IMG/VR virus record: IMGVR_UViG_3300043652_000023 | Span: 1 to 41,731 of that record | Length of the DNA stretch: 41,731 nt | Strand: one strand, 5' to 3' | DNA from: a virus | Lineage: Duplodnaviria > Caudoviricetes | In this document: positions 40,923 to 41,731 of the stretch, piece after piece | Position numbering within the stretch: position 1 is the first letter of the stretch | Layout: every line of letters begins with the position of its first letter | The notes under the pieces: model-generated | What the model was told of the DNA's origin: nothing | Database searches by the model: none | What the model saw: the letters and a program-made list of their open reading frames with translations, nothing else | Position numbers and translations under genes: made by a program

Positions 40923-41731
40923 GTGGCACCAATCTCCTGGTTGGGGTCTCGGCCCGGCCACATCCAGTACGGGAACTTCCTGTTCGGGCCGGGCACCCGG
41001 TTCAAGTGGGACACGCTGGAGGGCTGGGAGGACAGTCCGGCCATCGACTCCGGTACGGTCATGCGCGCCAGCGACCACGGCGCGTGGCCCGGCGTCCACT
41101 ACGCCCAATCCCGCACCATCACGTTGTCGACCATCATCAAGACCGAGCCCGGCCAGATGACGGCGGCGGTCCGCGAATTGAACGCGGCGTGCACGATAGA
41201 TCTCATGGATGAGATCCCGCTCGTGGTGCAGTTGGACGACGACGCACCCGAGGTGGTGTTCGCCCGCTGCACTCGCCGGACGACCACGGTCACCCGTACC
41301 AACCGGGTCGGGTACACCAAGGGCTCGATCCAGTTCCTGGCCACCGACCCCCGGCGGTACAGCCTGGCCGAGAATTCGGCCTCGGCCCACCTGCCGGAGC
41401 AGGAGGCCGGATTGTCCTGGCCGCTGGCGTTCCCGCTGGCGTGGGGCGAGACTGGGTCGTCCGGCAGCCTGTCCGCCACCAACGAGGGCGACACCGGCAC
41501 CCACCCGACGATCACGATCACGGGCCCGTGCTCCACGCCCTCCGTCACCAACGTCAACACAGGCGACCTGCTAGAGTACGACCTGACGTTGAGCGACACC
41601 GACACCCTGTTCATCGACACCAACGCAGGTACTGTTACACTGAACGGTACCCAGGCCAATCGCCTGTACACGGCCACAACGCGCAGCACCCCCGAGGGGT
41701 CGTTCGTCTTCCCGCCCGGGTCATCGTCCCT
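40923..41731 (+). CDS. Distal tail / minor tail protein (3'-truncated)
   Basis: GAGGAGG RBS, GTG at 40923; LEGW.D.P..D, HGAWPG, RTIT, F.ATDPRRY; open to the window end. Confidence 0.85.
   Translation, partial: MAPISWLGSRPGHIQYGNFLFGPGTRFKWDTLEGWEDSPAIDSGTVMRASDHGAWPGVHYAQSRTITLSTIIKTEPGQMTAAVRELNAACTIDLMDEIPLVVQLDDDAPEVVFARCTRRTTTVTRTNRVGYTKGSIQFLATDPRRYSLAENSASAHLPEQEAGLSWPLAFPLAWGETGSSGSLSATNEGDTGTHPTITITGPCSTPSVTNVNTGDLLEYDLTLSDTDTLFIDTNAGTVTLNGTQANRLYTATTRSTPEGSFVFPPGSSS

Noticed and set aside
1-41731. tRNA, rRNA, IS/transposase, reverse transcriptase or DGR
   Set aside because: No cloverleaf, rRNA-like tract, transposase or RT motifs recognised by eye; a tRNAscan/Infernal run would be needed to exclude small RNAs

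Overview
High-GC, actinobacterial (Streptomyces-like) tailed-phage DNA, almost all on the + strand. Whether it is a free phage, prophage or phage-plasmid cannot be decided: no integrase, polymerase, lysin or genome end is visible. The right half (about 20.9-41.7 kb) is a siphovirus morphogenesis operon: terminase, portal, minor capsid, scaffold, major capsid, head-tail genes, major tail protein, frameshifted tail chaperone, tape measure and a partial distal tail protein. After the capsid gene it is interrupted by a four-gene glycosyl/nucleotidyl/methyl-transferase cluster and a 1043-aa lectin-headed fibre with 20-residue repeats. The left half (about 0.3-20.8 kb) is the unusual part. It is an array of about 20 small self-contained expression cassettes. 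Most begin with the same 17-bp palindrome CTTGC-N7-GCAAG laid over a -35/extended -10 promoter, followed by a 5' GC hairpin, an RBS, a short ORF and often a terminator. The cargo includes five paralogues of a Cys/'FxPGHDA' family, a stand-alone WYL domain, several SH3-like mini-proteins and an HNH nuclease. Embedded in the array is a Streptomyces-plasmid-type conjugation module (Spd-like membrane protein, Gly/Ser-rich protein, FtsK/TraB ATPase), followed by a GIY-YIG/T5orf172 protein carrying a copy of the TraB C-terminal domain. An iteron/AT-rich origin-like locus lies at about 18.7-19.0 kb. A second, asymmetric 14-mer (CGGGGGRAGTGGCG) recurs on one strand across the window. All family assignments come from motif recognition by eye, not from database searches.
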